Assembly (NCBI GenBank): GCA_038087875.1
Contig: CM075988.1
Span: 18,168,001 to 18,232,000 of the forward strand
Reading direction: 5' to 3'
DNA from: Malacoraja senta
Lineage: Eukaryota
Length of the DNA: 64,000 bases
Shown here piece after piece: positions 13,429 through 27,254 of this stretch (positions within the stretch are counted from its first letter, which is position 1; each line of letters starts with the position of its first letter). The notes under the pieces were generated by a model. The model saw nothing but the letters and a program-made list of their open reading frames with translations, was not told the DNA's origin and ran no database searches. Made by a program: the position numbers and the translations under genes.

Positions 13429-15382
13429 GTTGCCACGTAACGGAAAGACATGGATGTGCGGGAAATAGAGGGATATAGGTGATGTGCAGGTAGATAACAA
13501 AAGGTCCTGGCCTTTGGCATAAGAACTAAGGGCCTGATCTTGTGCTGAGCTGTATGCTCTATGTTCCATCTGAACAACACTCATTACCAAAATGGGATCA
13601 TATTACAGTCGTTATTTTAAACTTCCAGGCATTTCTTTAAATTCCCCCAATGCCATGGATGGCTCAATTGTATTGTATAATCTTTCCGCAAACTGATTAG
13701 CAACCAAAGCTTTTCACTGAACCTCGCTACACGTGACAATAAACTAAACTAAACTAAATTATACATTACTCTGTCAATGATGGAAAAATTGCAAGGTAAT
13801 ACAAAGGAACTGCAGATGCTGGAAAATCCCAGGTACACAAAAGGTCTGAAGAAGGTCTGGTTTCGGCCCGAAACATTGCCTATTTCTTTCGCTCCATAGA
13901 TGCTGCTGCACCCGCTGAGTTTCTCCAGCATTTTTGTGTACCTGGGATTTTCCAGCATCTGCAGTTCCTTCTTAAACACTTTGTCTACTCCACTGCAAAA
14001 TCTCCTCAAGGTAAGACTACTTTGAAGAAGTTCTCCTCCTCCCTCCGGAGACAGTTTCACAACCTCCTCTCTAACTGCTCCCCCTCTGTGGAGTCTGAAG
14101 AAGGGTTTCGTGCCTATTTCCTTCGCTCCATAGATGCTGCTGCACCCGCTGAGTTTCTCCAGCATTTTTGTGTACCAAGGGAATACAAAGTGCTGGAGTA
14201 ACTCAGCAGGTCAGGCAGCATCTCGGGAGTACATGGATAGATGATGTCTGATCGGTCTAAAGAAGGGTCTCGACCCGAAATGGCACCTATATATGTTCTC
14301 CAGAGATGCTGCCTGACTGGCTGGGTTACTCCAGCAATTAACTAAACTGAGAGTGTAGGATGGAACTGCAGATGCTGGTTTACACTGAAGATGGGCGCAA
14401 AATGCTGGAGTAACTCAGCGGGACAGGCAGCATCTCTGGAGAGAAGGAATGGGTGACGAAGCCCAGAGATGCTGCCAGTTCCGCTGAGCAACTGGGAGAG
14501 TTTAAGCGATTCTTGTTCTTGGAGCTAGTGTGGGAGGCTGGTGGAGTGTTGAGGCAATGCTGAGCGACGTTGACAAGCCTGGGTCACACAGGGCCCGTGG
14601 GGCACACCATCGCCAGCGGAGCTGAGTGAAGGCTGGTCGAAGGGCCCGTTCCACCCTGCCAACAGCGCGACGTAGCCTCGGGTCACTGTCCCCGTGATGA
14701 AAGCTCTCGGGGGAGCTGGGCACAGATCTCCAGGGGGTTGACAGGCGTGAGACACGGATGCTGCTGGCAGGGAGCTGATGTTAATGAGAAGATCTTCTGA
14801 GCTGCGACAGTCGATGTCAACAAGCCTCGGGAGAAGAGAGGACGTATCAACGGAGTGTGGGAAGGATTGGAGACAGGGAGTTCTCGTCCTGAAGAGTTGT
14901 CTTCAGGGGATGGACACAAAAAGCTGGAGTAACTCAGCAGGACAGGCAGCATCTCTTGAGAGAAGGAATGGGTGACGTTTCAGGTCGAGACCCTTCTTCA
15001 GACTTCAGGGGATGTCTGCTGCCTTTAGTTAACCGGGAAACAAGGATACGTGTTTATTTATTTATTTTAGCCCTTTTCTCATTGATTGGATTTTCAGTGA
15101 AACTTAAACAGTATTGTGCAGTAGTGATGAAACTGAAGCAGAGATCCCTCCGTTATCAACACTGAACGACTGTCTCTGATCTGGGCTTCCAGCGAGAAAG
15201 GAACAAACCAACGTTCAATCTATATCTCCTCCACTTCGCATCATTGCCACAGACGGCAAGATACTTGGTTAGTAAGGACATCAAGAGTTATGGGAAGAAG
15301 GCAGGAGAATGGGGTTGAGAGGGAAAGATAGATCAGCCGTGATTGAATGGCAGAGTAGAAACAATGGGCCGAATGGCCAAGT

Positions 15383-15688
15383 TTTAGTTTCGTTTAATTT
15401 AGATACAGCGCGGAAACAGGCCCTTCGGCCCATCGAGTCCACACCGACCAACGATCCCCGCACATTAACACTATCCTATAAACAATGTTCATTTATTTCA
15501 AGCCAATTAACCTACAAACCTGCACTTCTTTTGGAGTGTGGGATGAAACCGAAGATCTCGGAGAAAACCCACGCAGGTCATGGGGAGAAAGTACAAACTC
15601 CATACAGACAGCTCCCGTGGTCAGGATCGAACCCGGGTCTCCGGCGCTGTAAGGCAGCAACTCTACCGCTGCGCAACCGTGCCGCCCT
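15383..15688 (-). mobile_element. HE1-type V-SINE
   Basis: Reverse complement of the same motifs. Confidence 0.85.
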
Positions 15689-15849
15689 TGACTTGTGGAC
15701 TTCTGATGGATGGAGTCAGGTCCTCGGCCTCACACAGGAGATCCGACCGCTGGGACAGCGACCTCTCGTCCCACCAGCAGATCCCCAGGGGAAGGTTGTT
15801 CCACTCAACGTCTGCACAGCAAATTACCCGTAAATGCCTGGCCTCGGAG

Positions 15850-16061
15850 TACATCTGGAGCACATCTGGAGCACATCTGTAGTACACCTGGAACACATCT
15901 GGAGCACATCTGGAGCACACCTGGACCACATCTGGACCACATCTGGAGCACATCTGGAGCACATCTGGAGTACACCTGGACCACATCTGGAGCACATATG
16001 GAGTACACCTGGAGCACATCTGGAGCACATCTGGAGTACACCTGGAGTACACCTGGAGCAC
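15850..16061. repeat. 11-bp minisatellite, 19 units, consensus CACATCTGGAG
   Basis: Units read directly from 15850 to 16058. Confidence 0.95.
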
Positions 16062-16979
16062 GGGTCCACGGTGGGAGCAGGGAGATTTATAATGAAACAT
16101 TACTGCGGCTGGCCAACCCAGGAAATGTGACAGGCAATTTGGGACATGTCAAAGCAAAAAATGCAGAAAAGCCACTCAGGGACTTTTGGTTTTTAACCTG
16201 TAAAGGTTTGAAATAATTATTTGCCGACCCAGATGACTCTCAGAGCAGTAATGCGTTGTTTTGACCCTTGCATGAGCAAGTGTGGCATTTCCCATCTCTT
16301 TACATCAGGGCATCAGTTCAAACTGTGCGGAGATCACTGCTGAAGACTGAAGCGTCACTTGGGAAACGGCGCTGTCTCTCAGCCGACACTCCAGCCTGCT
16401 CCCTGGGGAGCGTCAGTTCCAAGTCTCTGACTGGGTCTAATTGGGCATCCCGTGTGTTGACAGGGTGAGCCACACGCAGGGAATGTGAATGCCCAGGAAC
16501 TCGGAGAAGCACACAGCACTGTCACACGCATTGATCATACCTGGCCATGTCACCAAGTGTAAAAACAAATACAACTCCTCTAATTGGCAAACTTCACCAC
16601 AAGATCGGCGAATAGTTTGGAAACATAGAAAAATAGGTACAGGAGTAGGCCATTCGGCACTTCCCGATCCTATCCCGAGTGAAACAAAATGAATAAATGG
16701 AAATACAAATGGTAGGATAATCTATGTAGGAACTGCAGATGCTGGTTTTAGACCAACATAGACACATAAAGCTGGAGTAACTCAGCGGTTCAGGCAGCAT
16801 TTCTGGAGAAAAATAATAGGTGACGTTTTGAGTCAGGACTCGCTGAGTTACTGTTGTCCACTATAGTCCAGATGAAACATTCCAGGCATGGAGCATTTTG
16901 TCTTTATTTTCCCCAAGCTCTCAGTCTGATGAAAGAAAGGTGGAGCCCACAATGCTCCATTGTTGGCTGTGGAAGAGGT

Positions 16980-17257
16980 CACTGACCAGCGATCACCCTG
17001 GACACCAGCACTATCCCACACACTAGGGACAATTTACAATTGTTTTTACCGAAGCTTAATAACATACAAACCTGTACATCTTTAGAGTGTGGGCGGAAAC
17101 CGGAGCACCCGGAGAAAACCCACGCATTCATGGGGAGAACGTACAAATTCCACACAGAGAGTACCCGAGGATTGTGGACAGCAGCCGTAGTCAGGATCAA
17201 ACCCGGGTCTCTGGAGCTGTGAGGCAGCAACTCTACCGCTGCGCCACCGTGCCGCCA
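16980..17257 (-). mobile_element. HE1-type V-SINE
   Basis: Same motifs. Confidence 0.8.
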
Positions 17258-17820
17258 GCTTGGTGAATATTTACTGCAAAGCCTTGGGTCCAAAAAGATG
17301 CAACTCTACAAAATAACAACAGTTCACAAAACGAATACCCATCTCCTGCATTTTGCAAATGTGAAGAGAAGCCAAAATCTTGCAATCGGCTGCCAATTCA
17401 CAAATAAACAATTACCCTCAGGAAATATCAATCTACTAATTACATGTTGTGCCCTTGAGCAGAGATTCAACACATATCCATCAGGACTTCACATCGACAT
17501 CAGTGTTTTGGAGCCCAGTCCGTGTCTGGGACAGTTTGGCAGGAAGTTTGGAACAATGTTCCCTGCCAACATCTCAGCTGGGGTTCCACCATGACGGCTC
17601 CTCACCCCGCCTGTCACGCAATGCCAGGCCAGCAATGTCTGTGGATCTGGACGAGGGTAGAAGGGAAATAAACAGAATAGTTACAGCCGTGAAAGCAGAG
17701 ATGCTGGGTGGTGCAGTCCGAGAATGCAGGAAATGCTCAACTGGTTGGGCAGCGTCTGTGGAGAGACGGGGAACGTTTCAGGATGAAGAACTGAAATATT
17801 AGCCAGCTCTCTCTTCACAG

Positions 17821-18032
17821 AAGAAAGACAAATAATGCTGCAGTAACTCGGGGACAGGCAGTATCTCTGGAGAGAAGGAATGGGTGACACTTCAGGTCGA
17901 GACCCTTCTTCAGACTCGACACGAAACGTCACCCATTCCTTCTCTCCAGAGATGCTGCCTGTCCTGCTGAGTTACTCCAGCATTCTGTGTCTTTCTTTGG
18001 TGTAAACCAACACCTCCAGTTCATTCCGACGC
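17821..18032. mobile_element. Fold-back Penelope-derived mini-element (degenerate)
   Basis: Inverted pLTR arms. Confidence 0.65.
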
Positions 18033-18697
18033 ATTTCATCTCTCCCCACAGATGCTGCCTGACCAGTTGTGTGTTTCCTGCACGCTCTGCCTGTGTTGCA
18101 GATTCAGACCACCTTGTGAATCTGATAGAGAATGTGAATGTTGGTCATATTTAATGTGCTGCCTGCCCTATATTTCTCCACTCTCATCATGGCCAACATC
18201 TGAGTAGGGAGAAGCAGAGGTAAGACTTTAGCTCGATAATTTTCTGTGAGATTGTGACCACGTACTTCCAAATCATGTTTGGTCTTCTATCCCAGGTGGA
18301 CTTTGCCATGCTAACATACCCTCAATATTCTTCCAATATGTCCCACCTCATGTCTATCTGTGTTAAACCTTGTCAGGCAGACTCTTCACCTGTCCAGGGA
18401 TCTGGGCGTGTTATTCCTGAGAGTAATGAGGCAGATATGCACACCCGAATATCTGGGGGCGACACGGTGGCACAGCGGTAGAGTTGCTGCCTCACAGCGC
18501 CAGAGACACGGGCTCGATCCTGACTGCAGGCGCTGTTTGTACGGAGTTTCTACGTTCTCCCTGTGACTGTGTGAGTTTTCTCTGGGTGCACTGGTTTCCT
18601 CTCACACTCCAAGGTCATACAGGTCAAGGAAAAGTTGTTGTAATAAATGCAACCCTTTCATTCATCCAAGGTCAGAACCAAGCAGTTAAACATTCCT

Positions 18698-19400
18698 AAG
18701 ATAGACACAAAATGCTGGAGTAACTCAGCGGATCAGGCAGCAACTCTGGAGAAAAGGAATGGGTGATGTTTCGGGTCAAAACCTTTCTTCAGACTGAGAG
18801 TCAGGGGAGAGGGAAGCTAGAGGTATGAAAAGGTTCAGAACAAATCAGAGTCGCACCGATGGCCAAGGAAAGGTGGAGGCCGCAATGCTCCATTGTTGGC
18901 TGTGGAAGAGGTCATAACGAAGGGATATATGGATGGGAACAGTGGAACTGGCAGGATGACTAGGGTGGGGGTGGTGTGGAGAGAGAGGGAATGCAGGGTT
19001 ACTTGGACTTGAAGAAATTAAAATTCATATTTACAAAATATATGCTTGGGCCTCACCCTGACAGTGGAGGAGGCCCAGGACAGAAAGGTCAGTGTGGGAA
19101 TAGGAGGGGGAGTTAAAATGTTTGGCAACCGGGAGATGGCGTAAGCCAAGGTGGACTGAGCGTAGGTGTTCAGTGAAACAATCACTCAGTCTGCGCTTGG
19201 TCTCACCGATATATAGGAGCCCACACCGAGAACAATGAATACAGTAGACGAGGTTGGAGGGGATGCAGTTGAACCTCTGCCTCACCTGAAAGGACTGTCA
19301 GGGTACCTGGGTGGAGCTGAGGGTGGAGTCAAGGTGGGAGGTATAGGGACAGGGGGTTGCATCTCCTGCGTTTGCAGAGGAAGGTGCCTGGGGAGGTGGC
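18698..19400 (-). mobile_element. Penelope-like element 3' fragment: GIY-YIG endonuclease plus pseudo-LTR
   Basis: ORF 19031-19285 NLVYCIHCSRCGLLYIGETKRRL..F.EH...PVAKHFN is a PLE-type GIY-YIG domain. It is followed in the same sense by the gacacaaaatgctggagtaactcagc repeat and the CTGAAGA...GAAAC motif. Confidence 0.9.
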
Positions 19401-19923
19401 GGTTTGAGTATATACAACTCCTGATCATTGTACTGTAAAACAAATGGCATGCCTGCTCGGAGATAGTAGCTTGGATGTTGGTGTGTGCCAGGTGAGGTGA
19501 ACTGGAAGACTAACAGCCGATCACAATAATTAATGTGTGAACATGGTTGTTTCACCTCCCTGCTACCAGAGGGGAAGGTACTGCAGAGGAATATGCTGTA
19601 GTGATAGTGATGGCATGTGGCAGTGTTAGTGCGGGCAGGCGGGGGGTGACACAACAGGTCATCCGGACAGGCATTAGCTCCAGAAGCATTCTGATCCCAG
19701 CGTGTTGGTCATCGGCCTCCCTTCCTGCCTTTGAGACCAGCAGTGTGCATTCTAAATGTCTGGACATTATTAAGGAGCTCGCACTGATGCAGCGAAAATC
19801 AAAAATGCTGCTGGAAAACCGATATTTAAAAAAAAAAAAAAATCAGCAGATGAGATGACAGTTCCAGTCCAACACTTGGCCAGAAACGGGAAAGAGAAAA
19901 AGTAAGTTGGCTTTCGGTTCAAA

Positions 19924-20212
19924 GTTTAGTTAAGTTTAGTTTAGAGATACAGCTTGGAAACAGGCCCTTCGGCCCACTGGGTCCGCACCTACTAGCGATC
20001 CCCGCACACTAGCACTACCCTACACACCTGGGATAATTTACAACCTTTATCAAAGCCAGTAAGCCTATAAAACTGCACATCTTTAGAGTGTGGGAGGAAA
20101 CTGGAGCAACCCTACGCGGTCACGGGGAGAATGGACACAATCCGTACAGACAGCACCTGTAGACTGGATCGAAAGCGGGTCTCTGGCTATGTAAGGCAGC
20201 AAGTCTACTGCT
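19924..20212 (-). mobile_element. HE1-type V-SINE abutting the Tc1 fragment
   Basis: Same motifs. Confidence 0.8.
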
Positions 20213-20748
20213 CTGTGAAGAGTCCTGGTGGTTCCAATGTTCTTCCATTTAAGAATGACAGAGGCCACTGTGCTCTTCAGGACCTGCAATGCTGCAGAAA
20301 TTGTTTTATACCCTTCCTCAGATCTGTGTCTCGACACAATCCTGTCTCGGAGGCCTAAGGACAATTCCTTCATCTTCATGGCTTGCTTTTTGCTCTGACA
20401 TGCACTGTCAACTGTGGGTCCTTATATAGACAGGTGTGTGCCTTTCCAAATCATGTCCAATCAATTTAATTTACCACTGGTGGACTCCAATCAAGTTGTA
20501 GAAACATCTCAAGAATAATCAATGGAAACAGGATGAACCTGCTCAATTTTGAATGTCATAGCAAAGGGTCTGAATACTGATGTAAATATCAGTTACTTCT
20601 TTTTAATTACTAACAAATTTCTAAACATCTGTTTTTGCTTCTTCATTCAGGGGCATTGTGTGTAGATTGATGATTAAAAAACAATCCATTTTAAAATAAG
20701 GCTGTAACGTAACAACTTGTGGAAAAAGTGAAGGGGTCTGAATACTTC
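20210..20748 (-). mobile_element. Tc1-like DNA transposon 5' fragment (IR/DR arm plus N-terminal paired-like HTH of transposase)
   Basis: ORF from 20379: MKMKELSLGLRDRIVSRHRSEEGYKTISAALQVLKSTVASVILKWKNIGTTRTL. The direct repeat gggtctgaatact at 20566-20578 and 20734-20746 is as in IR/DR Tc1 ends. Confidence 0.88.
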
Positions 20749-22440
20749 CTGACTTCCAGCTAACCCACCAGCTCACACGTCTCTGGGACATGGGAGCTAA
20801 CTTGGTCATGAGCAGAACATGCAGACTCCACACAGACAGCACCCACGGTCAGGATTAAACCCAGGTCACCAACACAGTGAGGCAGCAGAGAAGGAAGAGT
20901 GACTATCATGACCCTAATGAGTACTTTGTAACGTGTCGGCGCCAGAAACGTGGCGACTCTGTGTACTTTGTGTATTGTATGCAAAAACAAATAATGTCAC
21001 TGTGCCTAAGTACACGTGACAATAAAGTATCATTGAACCATTGTCCCCAGTAAGTTCCGTTCACACCTTTCTCAGGCACGGCCAGGCAAATAATCACGAA
21101 TCTCAAGTGTCCTTTCAGTAACAACATTATTACAGCTGTTTGCATAAGGCTTAAAACTGAGAAAACAAACATTAGGTTTGGGGAATTGCTCTGCTCGCAC
21201 AGACTCTTGTTTATAAAAGGCCTGCTTTGTGAATGTGGCTGGGATCCTGTGTGCTGAAGCATTTTCACTACAGTGGTCCAAGAGCTCCTGCCCACAGTCA
21301 CACCAGGCTTTGGTGGGTAATGGACGCTGAGATCACCAGCCATTGTGGCGTAGCGGTAGAATAGCTGCCTCATGGCGCTAGAGACCCGGGTTAGATCCTG
21401 ACGATGGATGCTGTCGGTATGGAGTTTGTACGTTCTTCCCCGTGGCTACTCTTTGATGCCAGTGCCAGGCTGACTGCTTCCTGCTGTTCTAGTGGCCGTA
21501 GATTGGAGGAGTTCCCCAACTTGTGCATATTTCAGTCAGAGAAACATCCTTGCTTTCGGCACGTCCACAACTTAGAGAGTCCGCAATCCCTCTCGCAGTA
21601 GTTCCCATTGGGAGGATTGGAAGTCCCCAATCCCTCTCTCATCTCTAACACGATCCCATGTTTCAGCAAAGAATAATTCCATCTTCTGGAGGATAGACGT
21701 GACCCTTCTCAACCCGAAACGTCACCCACTCCTCTCCAGAGATGCTGGCTGTCCCGTTGAGCTACTCCAGCTTTTTGTGTCTATCTTCGGTTTAAACCAG
21801 CATCTGGTTCCTTCCTACACATTTCCATCTTCTCTCTACATATCTGAACATACATGTCCAGAATGGGAAGTAGGCCACTCGGCCCATCGAGCCCGCTCTG
21901 CCATTTGATTAGGTCATAAGTTCATAAGTCATAGGAGGGGAATTAGGCCATTCGGCCCATCGAGTCTATCCCGCCACTCGATCATGGCTGGATCTGAACC
22001 CCAGCTCACTATAAATTGGGAGGTCATTTAGGAGACTGGAACTGGAGAGGAGGAGGAGTTGTGGAAGGTACAATAACAATGTTTAAAAGACATTTGGACA
22101 GGTACATGGAAATTAAATGTTTAGAGGGATATGGGACAAGTGCAGACAAATGGGACTAGTTTAGAAGGGGCATCTTGGTTGTCCTGGACAAGTGGCGGCC
22201 ATGTAGCTACATCCAGTGAGGAGGTGTGCATCCCCGCCAACAACTAGCACACCTGAGTCCCTGCTCACAAAGAGTCATAGAGCTGTACAACATGGAAACA
22301 GGCCCTTCGGCCCACCTTCTCTACGCTGCCCTATTTCCTATTAGTTAAAGCTAACACCAAACTGCAAACCGCACAGAAACGTGATGAAGTTCAATTTCCA
22401 TTGAAACTCTCCCCCAACTCACTGCACTGGTTTATTTATG

Positions 22441-22730
22441 TTTTAGTTTAGATTAGTTTAGATATAGAGTGCGGCAACAGTCCCTTCGGCCCACTGAGTC
22501 TGCGCCGACCAGCGATCACCCTGCACTATCCCACACATTGGGGACAATTTACGATTTTTATTCAAGCCAACTAACATACAAACCTGCACTTCTTTGGAGC
22601 GTGGGGGGGAAACCGGAGCACCCGGAGGAAACACACACGGTCACAGGGAAACGTACAAACCCCGTACAGACAGTACCCATGGTCTCTGGCGCTCTAAGGC
22701 AGCAACTATACCGCTGCGCCACGGTGCCGC
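22441..22730 (-). mobile_element. HE1-type V-SINE
   Basis: Same motifs. Confidence 0.8.
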
Positions 22731-23790
22731 TCAAAGAGTTGTACTGATAAAGTTGCAGCTAGTTGTAATTTTTGGGTCTGTATCGTATCACTAAGGCAGG
22801 TCTGGGATTGAGTGGCCCAGCAGTAAATGCGGTTTCAGGGATCCAGCTGATATTTTCTGAAATTAATTCCGCAAGTCCGTGCAATGCCCACGAGCCAGGA
22901 TAGTCCGATCCACAAACATCAAAGTCGCTCTTGGGTCAGTCTCTTGCCTGGAGGTAGCCTTGGGCAATACAGCTAAAGGCTCTGGGCTAGTATCCTTCCC
23001 TTGTTAATCTCGCCACAGAATTCACCCTGAAGGAAGCCGGCAGCCTCTTTCAGTCAAGGCCGCTAACTCCCCTCCCAGATGGGGAGGTATGGGGAGAGAT
23101 ATCGCAGCATCGTTCATAGGGAGACTGCCTGCAGTATCTCCCCTCGAACCAGAGCCCTCCAAACTCTGCCTTGAACTACTTACACCAGCTTTACCTCTCT
23201 CTCCGTCCACTCCCCTACCCCAGTTTCACGGTTCTCCTGATTAATTTTACAGCTTGTATACCTCGTTGTCACCTTCACCGCAGCCAACAATGAACCATTG
23301 TACATTTCCTTGAACATCGTCTGCTTTGATCTGTCCTTTTCACACTGTTACATGCTCTTTGCACCCTTCCATGTCTCTAGTTTCCGTCTACCCCTGACTC
23401 CCAGTCTGAAGAAGGGTCTCGAAACATCACCCACTCCTTCTCTCCAGACATGCTGCCTGACCCGCTGAGTTACTCCAGCATTTTGTGTCTATTTTCTTCT
23501 GCAGAACATGGATTGTATCCGGGAGACCATCAAGGTTTTTTAATTCTCTAGGGAAATTTGATGAAATTATTCTGAAGGAGAGGTTCAGCGCAGAACTACA
23601 GGCAGAAGAACTACAGGCCGGAGGGATACCAATGTGAACGGTGGTACCAGGTCTCCTGGTCTCTGCAGCTTAGGTACTGGATACAGGATACTGGATACAG
23701 ACCAATCTTCCAACCTCCCTCCTCATGGACATTTATTGGACCTTTTCTCTGGAACAGTTATTATGCCTCAATGCTGAGAAACTGTGTTTA

Positions 23791-24210
23791 CATAGATACA
23801 TAGAAAATAGGTGCAGGAGTAGGCCATTCGGCCCTTCGAGCCTGCACCGCCATTCAATATGATCATGGCTGATCATCCAACTCAGTATCCCGTACCTGCC
23901 TTCTCTCCATACCCCCTGATCCCTTTAGCCACAAGGGCCACATCTAACTCCCTCTTAAATATAGCCAATGAACTGGCGTCAACTACCCTCTGTGGCAGAG
24001 AGTTCCAGAGATTCACCACTCTCTGTGTGAAAAAGTTTTTCCTCATCTCGGTCTTAAAGGATTTCCCCCTTATCCTTAAGCTGTGACCCCTTGTCCTGGA
24101 CTTCCCCAACATCGGGAACAATCTTCCTGCATCTAGCCTGTCCAACCCCATAAGAATTTTGTACGTTTCTATAAGATCCCCTCTCAATCTCCTAAATTCT
24201 AGCGAGTATA
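23791..24210 (-). mobile_element. 5'-truncated CR1 LINE 3' end, same young subfamily as 8602-9649
   Basis: ORF 23882-24187 is nearly identical to the C-terminus of ORF 8826-9551; same 3' UTR and tail. Confidence 0.95.
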
Positions 24211-24358
24211 GTTTAGTTTAGTTTAGTTTGGACACAAAATGCTGGGTTAACTCAGCAAAACAGGCAGCATCTCAGGGCAGAAGGAATGGGTGACGTTTCA
24301 GGTCGAGACCTTTCTTCAGACTGAGAGTCAGGGGAGGGGGAAAGTAGATGTGAGGTAT

Positions 24359-24664
24359 GTTTAGTTTAGAAATACACGGTGGAAACAGGCCCCTTCGACC
24401 CATCGAGTATGTGCCGACCAGCGATCCCCTTACACTAACTAGCATTATCCTACACACTAGGGCCAATTTTTCAATTTTACCGACGCTAAATTAACCTACA
24501 AACACGTACGTCTTTAGAATGTAGGAGGGCACTGGAGCAACCGGGGGCAAACCCACATGGTCACAGGGAGAACGCACAAACTCCGTATAGACAAGCACCC
24601 ATAGTCAGGATCGAACAGCAATCTCTGGCACAGTAAGGCAGCAACTGTACCGCTGTGCCACCCT
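24359..24664 (-). mobile_element. HE1-type V-SINE
   Basis: Same motifs. Confidence 0.8.
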
Positions 24665-26151
24665 GGACTCTACACTCTGGAGACCCAAGTAACACAATGT
24701 TTACAATTGAAAGCCAGCGCCTGCAGCTATAGAGTCATAGAGTGATACAGTGTGGAAACAGGCCATTCGGCCCAACTTGCCCACACCGGCCAACATGTCC
24801 CAGCTACACTAGTCCCACCTGCCCGCGTTTGGTCCATATCCCTCAAAACCTGTCCTATCCATGTACCTGTCTAACTGTTTCTTAAATGTTGGGATAGTCC
24901 GTACCCCAACCACCTCTTCTGGTAGTTTGTACCATACACCCACCATCCTTTGTGTCAAAATGTTACCCTTCAGATTTCTATTAAATCTTTTCCCCTTCAC
25001 CTTAAACCTATGTCTCCATTTTACTGCTCCACTGCAAAACATCCTCAAGGTATGCTTACCGTGAAGAAGTTCTTCTCTCTGCAATGGTATTTCTCTGAGA
25101 CCCTCTCTTGCTGCTCCTGCTCCATGATCTCTGCTGCTGCTCTCCTGTTTCTCCATCATGTTCAGACCCCGACTCGATTCAGACCTCTGTGCTAGCTCTC
25201 TCCTCCCACCACATCAGTCCGAAGAAGGGTCCCGACCCGAAACAACACCCAACCCTGCACTCCAGAGATGCTGCCTGACCCGCTGAGCTGCTCCAGCACT
25301 TTGTGTCTTTTTCTGCACTCTGGTATCTTTCTCTTTGCTCCACCTTTTGTACTTGTGCATGGCTTGACTGTATTCATGTCCAGTCTGATGTGATTTGACC
25401 AGATAGCATGCAAACAAAAGGCTTGGTACAACGTCACAATGACAAACTTAAACCTAAACCTGTTCTGTCCTTCCTTGGGCTGGTGGCTGATTTACTTCAG
25501 CGGCAATCCCTGCATCATGCCTATCCCATGGATTTCAGGGAATGATGGAATGTCACGGAGCAGGGAGGAGGCCATTCAGCCCATCGTGTTCACACCGGCC
25601 TTCGTGTTCCAACGCTGGCCCATTCCCTGCAGCTTTGCTCACCTCTGTCCCCCATACCCATTTGGGTGTGACATGCAAGGTGGGGCGGATGCAAGGCATG
25701 GATGTGTACATGGGACTGCAATGTTACAGCCATTACAGAAACATTGCTGAGGGAGGGAGCTTAATGTCCCGGGGTACACGCGCGTCGGCTGGGATAGTGG
25801 TGAAGGACGGAGTGGAGGAGGGGGTGGCATTACTGATGGTTTGTCCAGTGAGGTTTTGTGAGGGGAGCTGAGAAATAAAAGGGGGGGGGGGTGGTCACCA
25901 TGAAAGTGCCCGCAGTGAATGGAGAGGGACGTGGTGCACAGCCTGGAGGTGGTGGGGGAGTAACGCCCACCTCTCCCATAAACACACCAAGGACCAGATT
26001 GGTTTGAGTGCCATTGGAACAATTCTGGCGGTCACCTCATGAGATGTGAGGGCAGTGGGAAGAGGAGGGAGGGGGGTGTTGCTTAGTAATAAAACACTTG
26101 AAGTGATGAAGTTGTCCTAAGCCACATGTACACAGAGCCTTTCGATACAAA

Positions 26152-26510
26152 GAAGGTAGACACAAAATGCTGGAGCAACTCAGCGGGACAGGCAGCATCT
26201 CTGGAGAGAAGGAATGGGCGATGTCGAGACGCTTCTTCAGACTGAGAGTCAGGGGAGAGGAAGACCAGAGATATGGAAGGGTACGAAGACAAAGTAAGGT
26301 GTGAAAATGACAGATCAAAGCAGACGATGATCAAGGAAATGTAGAATGTTTCATTGTTGGCTGAGGAGAAGCTGACAACGAGGCATACAAACAGTATAAT
26401 TAATCAGGAGGACAGTGAAACTAATCGGAGAACTAGGGTGCGGGAGAGAGAGGGAAAGCAAGGGTTACTTGAAGTTAGAGAAATCAATATTTATACCGTT
26501 GGGTTGTAGG
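26152..26510 (-). mobile_element. Penelope-like pLTR/3' fragment
   Basis: Collinear with 10409-10770. Confidence 0.75.
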
Positions 26511-27254
26511 CATCTTGTGTTTATCTTTGGTGTAAACCAGCATCCGCAGTTCCTTCCAGCACCTTGCATTACAAAGTATTGTTTGTTCTAACAGGATCCG
26601 ACGTCAATGGTAATTAGAACTGTGGATTTAATGGAGAACACTGCGGTCCCTTGTCCAGGTTCATACCGCACTGTGCGATCACAATGTCCTGGAGACACCC
26701 CTGCCTTGCCCACACACTGCAGTTTGGATGCAATCAGCTGAGAAATGCCGCCCAGGTCAACAGCACGAGTTACATGGGTCAATGGGACTGGCTGCTGCTT
26801 CAATGCAGTTTAGTTTATTATTGTCATGTGTACCAAGGTACAGTGAAAAGCTTCTGCTTGCTTACTATCCAGTCAATGAAAAGACTATACATGATTACAA
26901 TCAAGCCTTCCAGTGTATAGATAAAGGATAAAGTGTATAACGTTTCGTGCAAGATAAAGTCTGATAATGTCAGATTAAAGAAAGTTCAGGGTCTCCCTGA
27001 GAGCGATGGGTGGTCAGGACCACACTAGCTGGTGAGAGGACCGTTCAGGTGCCTGATAACAGCTGGGAAGAAACTGACCCTGAATCTGGAGGTGTGCGTT
27101 TTCAAACTTCAAAGCAGGGTTGGAGATCAGATGCACAGCGTTAAGTTACTTGGTTTACCAGTCCAGGGTGAGAGATGCCTCACTACCGAACATCACACCA
27201 GAAGCCGGTCTGGCCACAAAACCGCTGCTGTCTCAGCCTGACATAATGCTCAGC

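Noticed and set aside
14500..14880. GC-rich stretch that might be an exon of another gene
   Set aside because: No convincing splice sites or protein similarity; faint resemblance to a decayed Tx1-like LINE end.
15663..16216. Long overlapping ORFs or CRISPR-like array
   Set aside because: The ORFs are artefacts of the 11-bp tandem repeat. There are no unique spacers or cas genes, and the context is eukaryotic.
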